64,000 nucleotides of DNA. It comes from a virus. The notes beneath the pieces were generated by a model. The model saw only the letters and a list, made by a program, of their open reading frames with translations. It was not told the DNA's origin and did not search any database. Below, one piece after another: positions 19,601 through 27,969 of this stretch. Numbering within the stretch: the first letter of the stretch is position 1; each line of letters begins with the position of its first letter. The stretch lies in IMG/VR virus record IMGVR_UViG_3300025849_002201. One strand, given 5' to 3'. A program made the position numbers and the translations under genes.

Positions 19601-21783
19601 TCTGCCATACGAATCGGATAGTCTTCTTCGTACTGACCTGATTCAATGAGTAGTGTGATCTGAACATCTTTAACAGAGTTACCATACTCAACTTCGTCAC
19701 CTGGTTGGAAGTTAGCTTCAGGAGTTAGCAATTCAAAACGTATAATATCACTTTGTGCAGGTGCACCGCGCTGTGTGTAGTTTAATATTTTACCACGAAC
19801 GTCACGACCAGTAATTAAACGTGTTGAAATAATTTTACCTGGAATAATATTGTTATTGTTAAAGTCTGCATTATCAGTATTATCACCTGCTTGGTCAACA
19901 CCTGTGCCTTTGTGATCTAACTGAATGTCATAAACATTTGGCTGTCCAACTACAGGTTGCGGCGGAATAACTACCTTTGCTGCATAGTCTGGACCGTTGT
20001 ACGTAATGACTTGACGATAAGGCCCTGTCATTTGTTGCTTGCCTGGACGAGCTACCGGATCGTAAGGTATAACAAAATCACGAGCAGGATCCATATCAAT
20101 ACGGTCAAAGTCGTCTAGTGTAATACTTGCATCACCGTAAATAACACGTTCGGCGTATCGTGCAGCATGTCCTACTGTTTTAAATGCATTAGCAAAAGAA
20201 CGACCAATCGACTCTGGCGGCACATTGACCATATTATCGTCGCCACTATTCCAACTTACATAAAGGTTAACTTTAGAGTTTGGAGCAGTTTGGTCAACAT
20301 AGTATTTTGATGCTGCTAATAAATCTTGTGCAAATACATCAGTAACATGTGTGTTTAGCGCACCAGTAGTAGAAGCAGTTAAAACATCTAAAGGACTCAT
20401 GCTCCATTCTGTTAAATTGCCGTCGATTACTTCTACTTTTACGCTGTTAGTAACTGGAAATCTCACAGTAGCAATAGCACCAGTATTTGCTTGGATAATA
20501 TTTTCATCTGCTTCTAGTGTAACTGGATCGTTTAGTAGTAATGTAAATCCGTTAGGCGCACCGTCTCCGCTTAGTTCACCTGGGTGATCAGCAAGCTGCA
20601 AATAGCCTGTCATTGTGTCGCCGCTTCTGCGTACTACGCTTTCGCGTGGCATAGCTTCGTCTGCGTTAAATAATCCTTTTAACGATTTGTCATATTCTGC
20701 ATCTTGCAAGTAAATATTGCCAACAGAGTTAAATCCGTTTACAAAATTAGCCTTGCCTTCTTTTGCAAATTCTCTACTAGTGTAAAGCACAATAATGTCT
20801 TCTTCAAAGAACACTTCTTCAGCATTGGCATTATAGATAGTTAATGGAGATACTGCTGTATCAACCCACGAAACACCGTCAACTGATGTTTCTATTGTTC
20901 CTGCACTTACATTAAAGTTTCCTACAATATCTCTAATATATACGTTAGCATCATTTGTTACATTTTGTGCAACAATACCTTCAGCTGCACTTGCAAGCTG
21001 TCTTATTCTTAAACCCCTTGTTAGGTTAACAACACCTGTTAGTGCAAATTTAAATGCAGTATAGCGAGGAACTCTCATATAGTAAGTAAGTGAATTACTA
21101 AATCCTTCTGCGTTACCGATAAACTTAACTGCCTTTGCATCTTCATCACCTGCAAAGCCGTGATTAGCAATAGTAATCTTTCCGTCTGTAAGAGAATCAA
21201 TTGCAAAAATAGGAGCACCTGTAGGTTCGGAGCGTAAACCTAACTCGCCGCGCATCTTATCTTGACCAATTTCTATGTAGTTTGCATCAGCAAAGCCTTT
21301 GTCGATAACTATGTCAGATGCACTGTAATTTGTATTGTAAGCATTATTAACACGTCTAACCATACGCTCTGTTGTGTCTACACCAACAATACCGTATTCA
21401 TATCCTTGACCGCTGCGACCGTGTAGTGTTCCGCCTAGTTCTGGAGTACTATCTAATATAATGTTTGCTGCTGTATTTTCAATAATAATAGCACCCAACT
21501 CTGAGTCAAAGTTGACATTGATACCTTGGCCAGCTGCGCCCTTTAGTGTTTTAAACTGTAGTACATCAGTTCCGCCAACGTTAGTTACAACAGGAATTTT
21601 ATCCTCTTGCCCTATCATTGTAGTCGGTGTATCAGCTAGGTCAACGAAGCCAATTGCGCCGCCTTGTCCTAAGAAACCGTAGATCTCATTAAAGTTTTGG
21701 TTTACTTTATTAAAGGATTCACGTAAACTATCACCAGTTCCGTCATTGCCCTCAACACCAATATTAATCTCGCGTCTTGCCAT
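13630..21783 (-). CDS. Giant tail fibre/adhesin (2717 aa)
   Basis: INIGVEGNDGTGD N-terminus, G/T/A-rich repeats, C-terminal ADLAEKY...GRVPCKV domain resembling an intramolecular chaperone. Confidence 0.75.
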   Translation of the reverse strand: MARREINIGVEGNDGTGDSLRESFNKVNQNFNEIYGFLGQGGAIGFVDLADTPTTMIGQEDKIPVVTNVGGTDVLQFKTLKGAAGQGINVNFDSELGAIIIENTAANIILDSTPELGGTLHGRSGQGYEYGIVGVDTTERMVRRVNNAYNTNYSASDIVIDKGFADANYIEIGQDKMRGELGLRSEPTGAPIFAIDSLTDGKITIANHGFAGDEDAKAVKFIGNAEGFSNSLTYYMRVPRYTAFKFALTGVVNLTRGLRIRQLASAAEGIVAQNVTNDANVYIRDIVGNFNVSAGTIETSVDGVSWVDTAVSPLTIYNANAEEVFFEEDIIVLYTSREFAKEGKANFVNGFNSVGNIYLQDAEYDKSLKGLFNADEAMPRESVVRRSGDTMTGYLQLADHPGELSGDGAPNGFTLLLNDPVTLEADENIIQANTGAIATVRFPVTNSVKVEVIDGNLTEWSMSPLDVLTASTTGALNTHVTDVFAQDLLAASKYYVDQTAPNSKVNLYVSWNSGDDNMVNVPPESIGRSFANAFKTVGHAARYAERVIYGDASITLDDFDRIDMDPARDFVIPYDPVARPGKQQMTGPYRQVITYNGPDYAAKVVIPPQPVVGQPNVYDIQLDHKGTGVDQAGDNTDNADFNNNNIIPGKIISTRLITGRDVRGKILNYTQRGAPAQSDIIRFELLTPEANFQPGDEVEYGNSVKDVQITLLIESGQYEEDYPIRMAENVSVSGDHFRRVILRPKDAISKSPWAKTYFRRDRAYDGNAGTKKQYLTFNTVQTLAQGDVVIQDLTGARGVVQASDTSNEFALIACQGEFQIGPDYNVRKYADYAGDFETVTDLVTYIISIDAVEYGYHYLSDPEDVNSPALNNRDMDILLMNNATFISGFTCQDHGGFMEVLDPDGQIQTKSPYTQTAASFTRSLGDTQRFAGGILIDGKVSNLEGYMYDAGAGNPQGVGNTSTEVAARIRDKRSGSFKRFPSLPTIIVKKGKRYQVNDIINRNTTTGDCTLIFDSNTPFINAGITVGTVPDQNPNAKSLLQLNKEFIQDEVIGYVNATYPLFIYNEGLCRRDVGYIIDALIEDLDNESYEKSVEAGLSYYDNVSALKAITDQLAETSAGIQYISTLAVNVLGQTAPATTYSSATQTFDGGIQTEAGALNIVQDNIAYIIDIITNGEQAAPFEASYSLVGDRTTADTFEPANVIIETAGNRSILANDFTQVNDLAYGVYVTNNALCELVSVFTYYCHRSYYAGNGGEIRSLNGSSIYGDWGLVSRGVDPDEIPDSIRLRDDMIQTAKVSQVSAVGEQAMYIYDYKYVPPQYSIIEVRHERALLPKKVTVNNAGTGYSVAEILDVTLPGGSSTNTVVQLQVTAVGGSGEIINAVVISGNANSITGWVNDVTPITGLAVNTGAATFDIVFARDVRYYEINSIAATSDSVPGAARNENVLKINFGGTGTDGSEQFGLAHPLTTDELVTIRSIRNFVFTDVAAPRPIKKANALNFNEADIGYNTIDYASNDALGTAVGSSAAQITLQSSYSFVKLPVDNTNAQVTDLVVGTRTYGSKSGDVKIAIQEDTLSSRDITRLKRGQMIFAWNGELHKVNNYYTGAGEDGSDVTGWPYIAINNNDYDNDLNPGSTTGINLGVHRISSDEDERTILIAGISQGEKATITRRISNLRATNHDFADVGTGSYNTTNYPNAVYGEPKQPSFTRETDESDGGRTFYTSTDQDGNFRVGEFFKIDQGTGEITFNARLALSNVNGLQFSRGVEVKEFSVDEEFTDNAPDAVPTEFATRQYIDKRLGIIHGDLGTASGRVVANQRVGPGFVSLNGSTPLEGDLNFTDSYTAINLRNPINEQDASTKIYVDGLVRVAQQLSNLYDVETLTSASGDTLMFSGVYEVPIDTFYSSGSPVADGVITFTSGATGTFAQLLDLAGSNPRIRFIPDSVLSLPQVGDSFTVTNPDTSIATGRVNLFPGEEAFPISFGTNSTGDVFNDFKFAARSVAVKLGNAGADLSVGDIIQLTGGTRTNDPEGNIYPATQLEVTGVDINGSITSIKIREVGGALVAGAYDVPPFPFDAVGTTPVSVALGTATMPVVEVYFGGTSIWEITDNVILNADVNDSADIEQSKLLMKVADHRASTPTGTSRQIQAALGLSTYSSVHFNVDAQGFVQYKTATSTSDGLAPEKLQWINTDTVLGRSGTTSTPGAVSEVAFGTVVDEGGGLLHSDIPGTTLGLVSRTAHTAAVAAGGGNAAVPITADYGVEIIDDGQAAATAHIVKTDTNGRINAVAYRIIGQTVLERAGAGTAGDPYVLNIRDFDNNVVIRADGGNLFGINTLTGSTLQATNGTNVTASLTGSNGKVTGVTVDAGDLRLSSDLITSASSNELVIKSRDTTDTGTLGNYGVKIDDNLTVAGNLTVNGTTTTFNSTVVTVDDPIFTLGGDSAPATDDNKDRGILYRWHDGTTAKLGFFGYDDSASQFKFIPNATISSEVISGAVGNVNFAAASLSSASISGNLVVSGNTDLGNAATDTISMVAKVDTSILPTVNSINLGNATTGWGTVYAGTFQGANLTTGAAATAGTITGDWSLSAGSKLDATYADLAEKYVADAEYEPGTVLVFGGSEEVTTTTTTGDRRMAGVVTTNPAYSMNSECAGEFVAEVALQGRVPCKVLGKVRKGDMLVASGIAGFAIVNNDPKTGSVIGKAISNKDDDARGIVEVAVGRL

Positions 21784-21797
21784 CTTTATTTGCTCCG

Positions 21798-22163
21798 TTA
21801 AATTGCTGGGATTGCCAGCTTGTCTATATCAAAATTTACGCTTATTCCGCATCCACATGCTGATTGAGCGTTAGGATTAATGATTTCAAACATTGAACCC
21901 ATAATATCTTTTTTGTAATTTATTTCTGTTCCAACAAGAAACATAATACTTGCTGCACCAATTACAAATGTACAGTTGTTGTCTGTTTTTAGAACTACAT
22001 CATTATCATCAACTTCGGTTGGAGATGCTATTGTGCCCCATTCGTATTCAAATCCTGCACAGCCACCGCCTTTTAGGTTAAGTGTAACTGCATAGCACTC
22101 ATTTTCTTCACAAATTGTGTCGATTTGTTTCTTTGCAGTGTCAGTTAGTGTACAGATTGTCAT
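21798..22163 (-). CDS. iscA: HesB/IscA-family Fe-S cluster carrier
   Basis: GGGCAG and CGCG motifs. Confidence 0.9.
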   Translation of the reverse strand: MTICTLTDTAKKQIDTICEENECYAVTLNLKGGGCAGFEYEWGTIASPTEVDDNDVVLKTDNNCTFVIGAASIMFLVGTEINYKKDIMGSMFEIINPNAQSACGCGISVNFDIDKLAIPAI

Positions 22164-22226
22164 TGAATGATCCTTCTTATGATAGTATTTATTTTTTATT
22201 TTTGTAATCTTAATGTAAATATACTT

Positions 22227-22514
22227 ATGCTCTTAGAACAATACACAGAAAAAAATAAGTATACTCGAAAGTCAAAGAACGGCACAGAACACGTCTATTA
22301 CCGTAATAAAACTTATATCAAGTTGCGGTGTGATTGCTGTATGGAAGCCTTTGTACGTGCAAAGTCAGCAATGGATCCTAAACGTCTTAGTAATTCCTAC
22401 TATCACGTATGTAAGAACTGCGATAGTAAGAAATTTGCACAAGAACGTGGATTAGAAAAACGAAAGATATGGACAATGAAAGTTGATAGCTTAATAGATA
22501 TCAGTATGCTATGA
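22227..22514 (+). CDS. Hypothetical Zn-binding protein
   Basis: CDCC...CKNC. Start trimmed to MLLEQ. Confidence 0.65.
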   Translation: MLLEQYTEKNKYTRKSKNGTEHVYYRNKTYIKLRCDCCMEAFVRAKSAMDPKRLSNSYYHVCKNCDSKKFAQERGLEKRKIWTMKVDSLIDISML

Positions 22515-23291
22515 GTTGCATACGTAAGGCATCAACGACCTTGTGTGTAAATAGGTTTTGTTCTTTTTAATTATACTGCTGATCTTTTTTATTTCATCTA
22601 GAGAATCATTTGCTGCAATTTTAGCGTGTAGGTCTAAGTATTGCGCATCTAAACTTGAGTCTATATTCATATTTAAATATTGATTAACGTAGTGTGCAAT
22701 CGATCTATGTGCTTCTACAGTAGGATGCCCGTCTGGAACTACTTTTGATTCCCAGGGTGCAAAAAAACTATAGCTTTTAAATTTGCCTTCGTCTACGTAT
22801 CTATTAATATCATGTATTAACATTTTAGGATGTGATATTACTGAATTCCAGTCTGCTGGTATTTTAGAAGATTTATATCTACTCCAGTCATCCATAGTCA
22901 AGAAGTAATAATCAATATTTGCAGCTTCTAATATTTTTGCTGCTGCACATACATAATGATAAGTTTTAAATTTTAAATAATCTTCGTTCCACCAGTCAAC
23001 ATTCTGTTCGATGAAATCGCCTACGTAGTATCTATTTCCGGCTGCATCCCAACGTGGTGTTTGGTTAGGCTTCCAATAATCGAATCTTGGCCAGCTTGAC
23101 CATTGTAGTATAACTTTTGTTTCACCTGGCACAAACTTTGATAAGTTTTGCATCATATTAAAAAATATGCGCTCGTTTCCTGCGCCAGATTCTGATACAT
23201 TAAACGACTCAGTGTTACTCATTACAAGCAAGTCAGCCCATGTAGGCCAATAGTATGAACTATAAGAACACCCGTCGATATAAAGTTTCAT
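22509..23291 (-). CDS. SGNH/GDSL-like hydrolase-fold protein
   Basis: DGCSYS, SGAGNERI and late DGHP motifs. Confidence 0.5.
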   Translation of the reverse strand: MKLYIDGCSYSSYYWPTWADLLVMSNTESFNVSESGAGNERIFFNMMQNLSKFVPGETKVILQWSSWPRFDYWKPNQTPRWDAAGNRYYVGDFIEQNVDWWNEDYLKFKTYHYVCAAAKILEAANIDYYFLTMDDWSRYKSSKIPADWNSVISHPKMLIHDINRYVDEGKFKSYSFFAPWESKVVPDGHPTVEAHRSIAHYVNQYLNMNIDSSLDAQYLDLHAKIAANDSLDEIKKISSIIKKNKTYLHTRSLMPYVCNS

Positions 23292-23294
23292 TAA

Positions 23295-23453
23295 TTAGTC
23301 TTCGCTTTTCCAAATAGTCCAAGCGCCGTAAAAAATTGCAGCATATGCAATTAAGTCTACTGGCACTAGTATCATAGCAACACCTGTTGCAATCAATACA
23401 GCACCATCTAGTGATGTTCGTTCAGTTAATCTTTTTGTAATCCAGTTAGTCAT
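23295..23453 (-). CDS. Small membrane protein (52 aa, not in the ORF track)
   Basis: MTNWITKRLTERTSLDGAVLIATGVAMILVPVDLIAYAAIFYGAWTIWKSED, with GGAG RBS. Confidence 0.6.
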   Translation of the reverse strand: MTNWITKRLTERTSLDGAVLIATGVAMILVPVDLIAYAAIFYGAWTIWKSED

Positions 23454-23700
23454 GTCCTAGTCTCCTTACCTGTCTTTCTAAATATGCAACTCTTGATTCT
23501 GTTGCACGTAGTTTATCTTCAATGCCAGTTACATACTTTTGCGACGGTATTGTGTGTTGAGTTCCGTCCTCACCTAATACAGTCATTGTATCAACGCCTT
23601 GACCTCGCAGTCCGCCTAATACTCTATTAGGATTCTTTTCAAATTTCGATTGGGTCTGGCTCGGCGACTTTTTGCCGTACATTCGATTCAAATAGCTCAT
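23446..23700 (-). CDS. Hypothetical protein
   Basis: RBS and upstream late-type motif. C-terminal coiled coil. Confidence 0.65.
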   Translation of the reverse strand: MSYLNRMYGKKSPSQTQSKFEKNPNRVLGGLRGQGVDTMTVLGEDGTQHTIPSQKYVTGIEDKLRATESRVAYLERQVRRLGHD

Positions 23701-24724
23701 TGTTGTTCTCCATACTATATTTATATAGTCCGATACTTGCTAGATTTTTTGCCTTAGCTTCGACCATAATATCTGCCCACTCTAAGTGTGACAACGCCCA
23801 GTCATTAACTGCACTATTCCACATGTAATCACTATGCGCTCTTAGTTTCGCTTTTTTGTAGCCTTGTTCCGTAAGCGCCGCAAAGTCCGGTCTTTGTGTT
23901 GCTGAGTGACCGGAAAGAAGATCTTCTCTACTGCAACTATAATGCATAGCAGGCCGAACACCGCGCCAACTAGCAATAACACGTTTGATCCTGTCGTCAT
24001 TTCTATCAATATATTCTCCTTCGCGACACCAGTGGTGGTGGATGTCTAGCACCAGAGCGAGATCGTCTGCAAGCTCAAGACTGTCTTCGAGTCCCCATTT
24101 GTTTTCGTCGTTTTCGATTGTAATACAGTTTCTTGCCTCCGGTGAGAGACGTTTAAGCGCGGCTTTGATACCGGCTGGACCTTGGCGGCCTGAGATGTGT
24201 ACGTTGCACTTAAAGTCTTGGAATGTGCGTCCGTAACCCATATAGCGGATGACATCGGTGTGATATTCAAATTCTTCTATGCTCCTCTCGACAATTTCGG
24301 GATTGTCACTAGCAAGAACGGTAAACTGACCAGGATGCATACTAAGTCTAACATCAAGTTTTCTTGCAAGCTCTCCGACTCTAGCAAATGCTTTTTCGCA
24401 ATACGCTCGAACATCAGGTTGCTGCCAATAGTAAGTCCAATCACGCTGAGTGTAAACAGGAAGAACATCACTACCAAGTCTAACCATTCGTAACTCATAC
24501 GGCAATCCTCCTACGTATTCAATTAAATTATAGTACGCTTGAATATTGTGTACCATAATATCCCACAAACGCTGCTCTGCAATATCTCGAGTCTGTCTGT
24601 TAAGCCACTGTACTGTTGTACTTTTTGTATTTAGTGGCCGTTGGATTTCTTCAAGCAGTTTTTTCTTTTGTGTTTGATCTGGATGCATGTACTTACATGC
24701 AAAGCCTATACGTTTTGTTACCAT
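23639..24724 (-). CDS. uvsE: UV damage endonuclease
   Basis: RIGFACK, RLGSD..P, RLSMHPGQF, IENDE, DIHHH, AHSDY, MVEAKAK motifs. Confidence 0.9.
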   Translation of the reverse strand: MVTKRIGFACKYMHPDQTQKKKLLEEIQRPLNTKSTTVQWLNRQTRDIAEQRLWDIMVHNIQAYYNLIEYVGGLPYELRMVRLGSDVLPVYTQRDWTYYWQQPDVRAYCEKAFARVGELARKLDVRLSMHPGQFTVLASDNPEIVERSIEEFEYHTDVIRYMGYGRTFQDFKCNVHISGRQGPAGIKAALKRLSPEARNCITIENDENKWGLEDSLELADDLALVLDIHHHWCREGEYIDRNDDRIKRVIASWRGVRPAMHYSCSREDLLSGHSATQRPDFAALTEQGYKKAKLRAHSDYMWNSAVNDWALSHLEWADIMVEAKAKNLASIGLYKYSMENNNELFESNVRQKVAEPDPIEI

Positions 24725-24838
24725 TTTCTATAACTCCCATCGAGTTCGTGTGTGCCTGAATTATGTATTGCCCACGCTATACAGTTGTACCATGCATAGT
24801 GAGGGTGCTGCCTAAGTTTTTTATACCATTGTATACAT

Positions 24839-24867
24839 AGTATAACACGTTTTCTAATGAGTGTCAA
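24839..24867 (-). promoter_or_regulatory. Sigma70-type early promoter
   Basis: TTGACA-17-TATACT upstream of uvsE. Confidence 0.7.
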
Positions 24868-25294
24868 GTTCGTATTCAAAGTTCTGACAATCCATATGTT
24901 TGTTCAAAAACTTTGCACCGTTCTTTAAATGAAAGTTTTTAGCCATTTCTGTTAAAGGACTTAGGGTAACAAACTTGTGTACTTTTAGTTTAGTCTTTTG
25001 AATATGTTCTGCAACAGCAAACACAATATCTCTTCCTGCGCCTCGATCATAACTCCAAACTGTATAAAATACTGCAACACTAGAACCAAGATGATTCATG
25101 TCTGCTTCACATGTAGGAATTTCGTCTGTGTAAGCTACACAGATGACCGCTCGTAGCTGTTCGAAACTCTCGTCTGAGTATAGTCCGTATACTTCACGAC
25201 GACCGTTTAGACGCCATTCTGCGCTAATATGCGGACGCACAGGATCGTCCTTGATTACTTCTTTTACAATATGTTCATTTAATTTTAATAACAT
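24854..25294 (-). CDS. Hypothetical protein (GNAT-like)
   Basis: FYTVWSY..GAG...TLSPLT.MA..FH..NGA. Confidence 0.55.
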   Translation of the reverse strand: MLLKLNEHIVKEVIKDDPVRPHISAEWRLNGRREVYGLYSDESFEQLRAVICVAYTDEIPTCEADMNHLGSSVAVFYTVWSYDRGAGRDIVFAVAEHIQKTKLKVHKFVTLSPLTEMAKNFHLKNGAKFLNKHMDCQNFEYELDTH

Positions 25295-25304
25295 TAACTA
25301 CTTT

Positions 25305-26012
25305 CTATTTCCAGTGTTCCTTGCACCAGGGGTCTATACAATTATGCGGGTTCGGATCTCCATGAAATACTGCAACACTTGTCTGCGACAATATTTCTGG
25401 ATCACCTGGTGTCATAAAGTTACGTACACCTTGTTTGTCTCTTGCCATAGCGGGCTTTTTACGCATTTCCCACTTGTAACTTTGTATCCATTCGTCTGGC
25501 CAAAACTTAAATGCTTTGTCCTTTGTTTTAAAAAATATCCAATCTTGATCGCCGTGCATACGTCTTATTCCGCTGTTGGGGTCTTTTTCAAAATCTCTCC
25601 ATACTTGTGGATGCTGTCCTGTGTTTAATCTAAACACACTACTGTTCATTCGATCCCAACTAGGAATAGAACACCGGTTGAAGTCTCGAATAATACAAAA
25701 GGCATCAGGTTCGTATGTCCAGAGATAATCAATATTTTTAAAAACAATAACATCTAGATCAAAGTATAATATAGTTCCATTGACCGGAAGTTCTGGATTA
25801 AAGAAATAAGGTTTGTACCACCATCCTTTAACTCCGTTAGTTTCCGGTAAAGGAAATACATGTACTGCTGGATCGATGCCTGTTGCATCTTCTGTAAAAC
25901 ATGCAAACTTAAAATCTATTGTACTATAACGCTTGGTCATTCTGTACAACGTATTTACATACTCACTAGTATACTTTCTTCCATGCTTTAAGCATACGAC
26001 CCAACGTTCCAT
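25305..26012 (-). CDS. Glycosyltransferase (GT-A fold, GT8-like)
   Basis: YFDLDV DxD motif, NSSVF, GDQDW, FHG.PNP. Confidence 0.65.
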   Translation of the reverse strand: MERWVVCLKHGRKYTSEYVNTLYRMTKRYSTIDFKFACFTEDATGIDPAVHVFPLPETNGVKGWWYKPYFFNPELPVNGTILYFDLDVIVFKNIDYLWTYEPDAFCIIRDFNRCSIPSWDRMNSSVFRLNTGQHPQVWRDFEKDPNSGIRRMHGDQDWIFFKTKDKAFKFWPDEWIQSYKWEMRKKPAMARDKQGVRNFMTPGDPEILSQTSVAVFHGDPNPHNCIDPWCKEHWK

Positions 26013-26015
26013 AAA

Positions 26016-26462
26016 TTACGCCTCGTAGATTGCCGAGTTCGCACCATGTTCTGCACATTCTACTCGTACACAATAGCAACGGTTGTCGCTCATTTTACGC
26101 ACAAGATTGTCTGCAAAGTTAAATGCGTGTTCTGCAAACTTCTCTGCACCTACACCATCCATAACAACAATTTCTGCTAGGTCAAGTTCTTGTAGTTCCA
26201 TAAACTTTTCTAAGTATGGATCGTTTTTATCAATTGCAGTCTTGTGATCGAAGTTATCTTCCAACCACTTCTTCAAAGGCTTTAGTCCACCAAAGTCTAC
26301 TGCCCAGTTCTTATGATCTAATTTGTTACATCCAAATGTAAATGTAAATGCTAGACTGTAACCGTGTAGCAAATGACAGTGTGAATGATCTGCGTTAGGT
26401 TGACGGAACACCGCTGATAGTCCGATGTTGTGTCCGTAATGTTTTGTTGAATAATATGCCAT
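26016..26462 (-). CDS. queD: 6-carboxy-5,6,7,8-tetrahydropterin synthase
   Basis: HSHCHLLHGY, VDFG.LK..K..L...FDH and E..AE motifs. Confidence 0.85.
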   Translation of the reverse strand: MAYYSTKHYGHNIGLSAVFRQPNADHSHCHLLHGYSLAFTFTFGCNKLDHKNWAVDFGGLKPLKKWLEDNFDHKTAIDKNDPYLEKFMELQELDLAEIVVMDGVGAEKFAEHAFNFADNLVRKMSDNRCYCVRVECAEHGANSAIYEA

Positions 26463-26548
26463 TTCTAGTCTCCTGTTTTAGTAGCAAGTATAACGGCAGC
26501 AGAGTATTTAGAGTGGGATGACGCTAAGACCACTTATTAAACTATATA

Positions 26549-27148
26549 TTAACATATATCATAAACTTTGTCAATATCTAATCTTTCAATATTACTTAGC
26601 GACCATTCTTTTGGACGTTTCCAGTCTTGGTTAGCAAGTATAATGAATTTCTTATATTTGTATACTTCTGCAAGTTTTGCAAAATGAATAATCCAGTATC
26701 TCGGATCTACTGCACGATGATCTACTTTATTGTAGTTCTCTGTACCTTTGTATACGTTGTTATGTTTGTACTGTCCTTCACCTGATCCCCAGAGATCAAA
26801 GCCTAATACATATATTTTTTTATGATGTGTCTGGCAAGCGACTAGTTGTGCAAAGTTTCCACTGCCCCAATGAAAGGGATCGTCGTGTCTCTTGTCGCCT
26901 TCGTATGGAAGTTTTGGCACAGACTTTACATTGGGGTACTTAACTGCAAAGTATTTTACCCAATTGTCTCTAGTGTATATGTTACCTTTGAATTCTGCTT
27001 GACATGCTTCTATTACCATTCGTCTGTCTACACATACTAATTCGTCAACATGAAAATCTCTGTAAACTGCATTGCAACCTACCTTGTGCATGTTGATTTT
27101 ATCTATGTCAATTCCAGATCGGCTTTCACCGTTACCAATTAATAGCAT
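26549..27148 (-). CDS. Hypothetical protein (Rossmann-like, MptE/GT-like)
   Basis: IGNGESR...GCNA.YRD...LGFD. Confidence 0.5.
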   Translation of the reverse strand: MLLIGNGESRSGIDIDKINMHKVGCNAVYRDFHVDELVCVDRRMVIEACQAEFKGNIYTRDNWVKYFAVKYPNVKSVPKLPYEGDKRHDDPFHWGSGNFAQLVACQTHHKKIYVLGFDLWGSGEGQYKHNNVYKGTENYNKVDHRAVDPRYWIIHFAKLAEVYKYKKFIILANQDWKRPKEWSLSNIERLDIDKVYDIC

Positions 27149-27152
27149 ACAA

Positions 27153-27617
27153 CTATTTATTGCGGGGCTCTACTATGAGTAGAATATTGTCAAACGTTTG
27201 TGATTTTTCTTGTGTGAAGATTAGATAGTTGCATACGAAATCACCTGTCATGCTCACACGGTATCTTCCACCTTCATGCATATCATCAGGAACTTCCATA
27301 TGCCAACTGTTAGGAACTTCCTCGCCTGGACGAACATTGCGGAGATATTGTTTTGTAAATGCATCTAGTCTATGCGAGTGTGATCCGTCTTCTGCATATG
27401 CTACACCGTATACGCTAGTACTATTGCATTCGTGCTTTTTATATCCAACCATATAAAACTCAATATCTTTTTCGTTTGTAATTGGATTGTTTGTTATTTC
27501 AATCATAATATCTTGGAATACAAATGCATTTTTAAAACTTAGATAAGCAACTCCGAGACAAATAATAGTAACTAAACTAATTGCACTTATGATGTTTAAA
27601 ATTCCTTTAACTATCAT
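27153..27617 (-). CDS. Membrane-anchored hypothetical protein
   Basis: N-terminal TM helix. Confidence 0.6.
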   Translation of the reverse strand: MIVKGILNIISAISLVTIICLGVAYLSFKNAFVFQDIMIEITNNPITNEKDIEFYMVGYKKHECNSTSVYGVAYAEDGSHSHRLDAFTKQYLRNVRPGEEVPNSWHMEVPDDMHEGGRYRVSMTGDFVCNYLIFTQEKSQTFDNILLIVEPRNK

Positions 27618-27936
27618 TTCTCTTAATTTCCTTTTCTAACTCGCTTTGTATTATAGCATTAATATTCCTAAATTCCGAGCGAACACTGTTTAAATTTTTT
27701 GTAGCTCTTCCAAGTGTTCTAACAAGCTGCCTAATAGTAAATATTGTCCAGAACCACCAGACTACTGCTGTAACAGAAAACAGACCCAGGCCAACATAAA
27801 ACGCTGTGTCAAAATCTATTATTTGTAATGATACTAAAAGTATGGAAATTAGTAGAAATACAGGCGGCAATATTCTTGCATACAACTCCCATATTTCTAC
27901 TTGTCTTTCAACTCTATCTTTTTTTGTGTTCTCCAT
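27607..27936 (-). CDS. Membrane protein
   Basis: Two TM helices plus coiled coil. Confidence 0.6.
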   Translation of the reverse strand: MENTKKDRVERQVEIWELYARILPPVFLLISILLVSLQIIDFDTAFYVGLGLFSVTAVVWWFWTIFTIRQLVRTLGRATKNLNSVRSEFRNINAIIQSELEKEIKRNDS

Positions 27937-27969
27937 ACTGTATTTATTCTACAGTATGCATTTGTGATA

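Noticed and set aside
5216-21682. Numerous plus-strand ORFs (60-160 aa) opposite the structural genes
   Set aside because: Antisense shadows of long G/T/A-rich minus-strand genes. No RBS or promoter context and no motifs.
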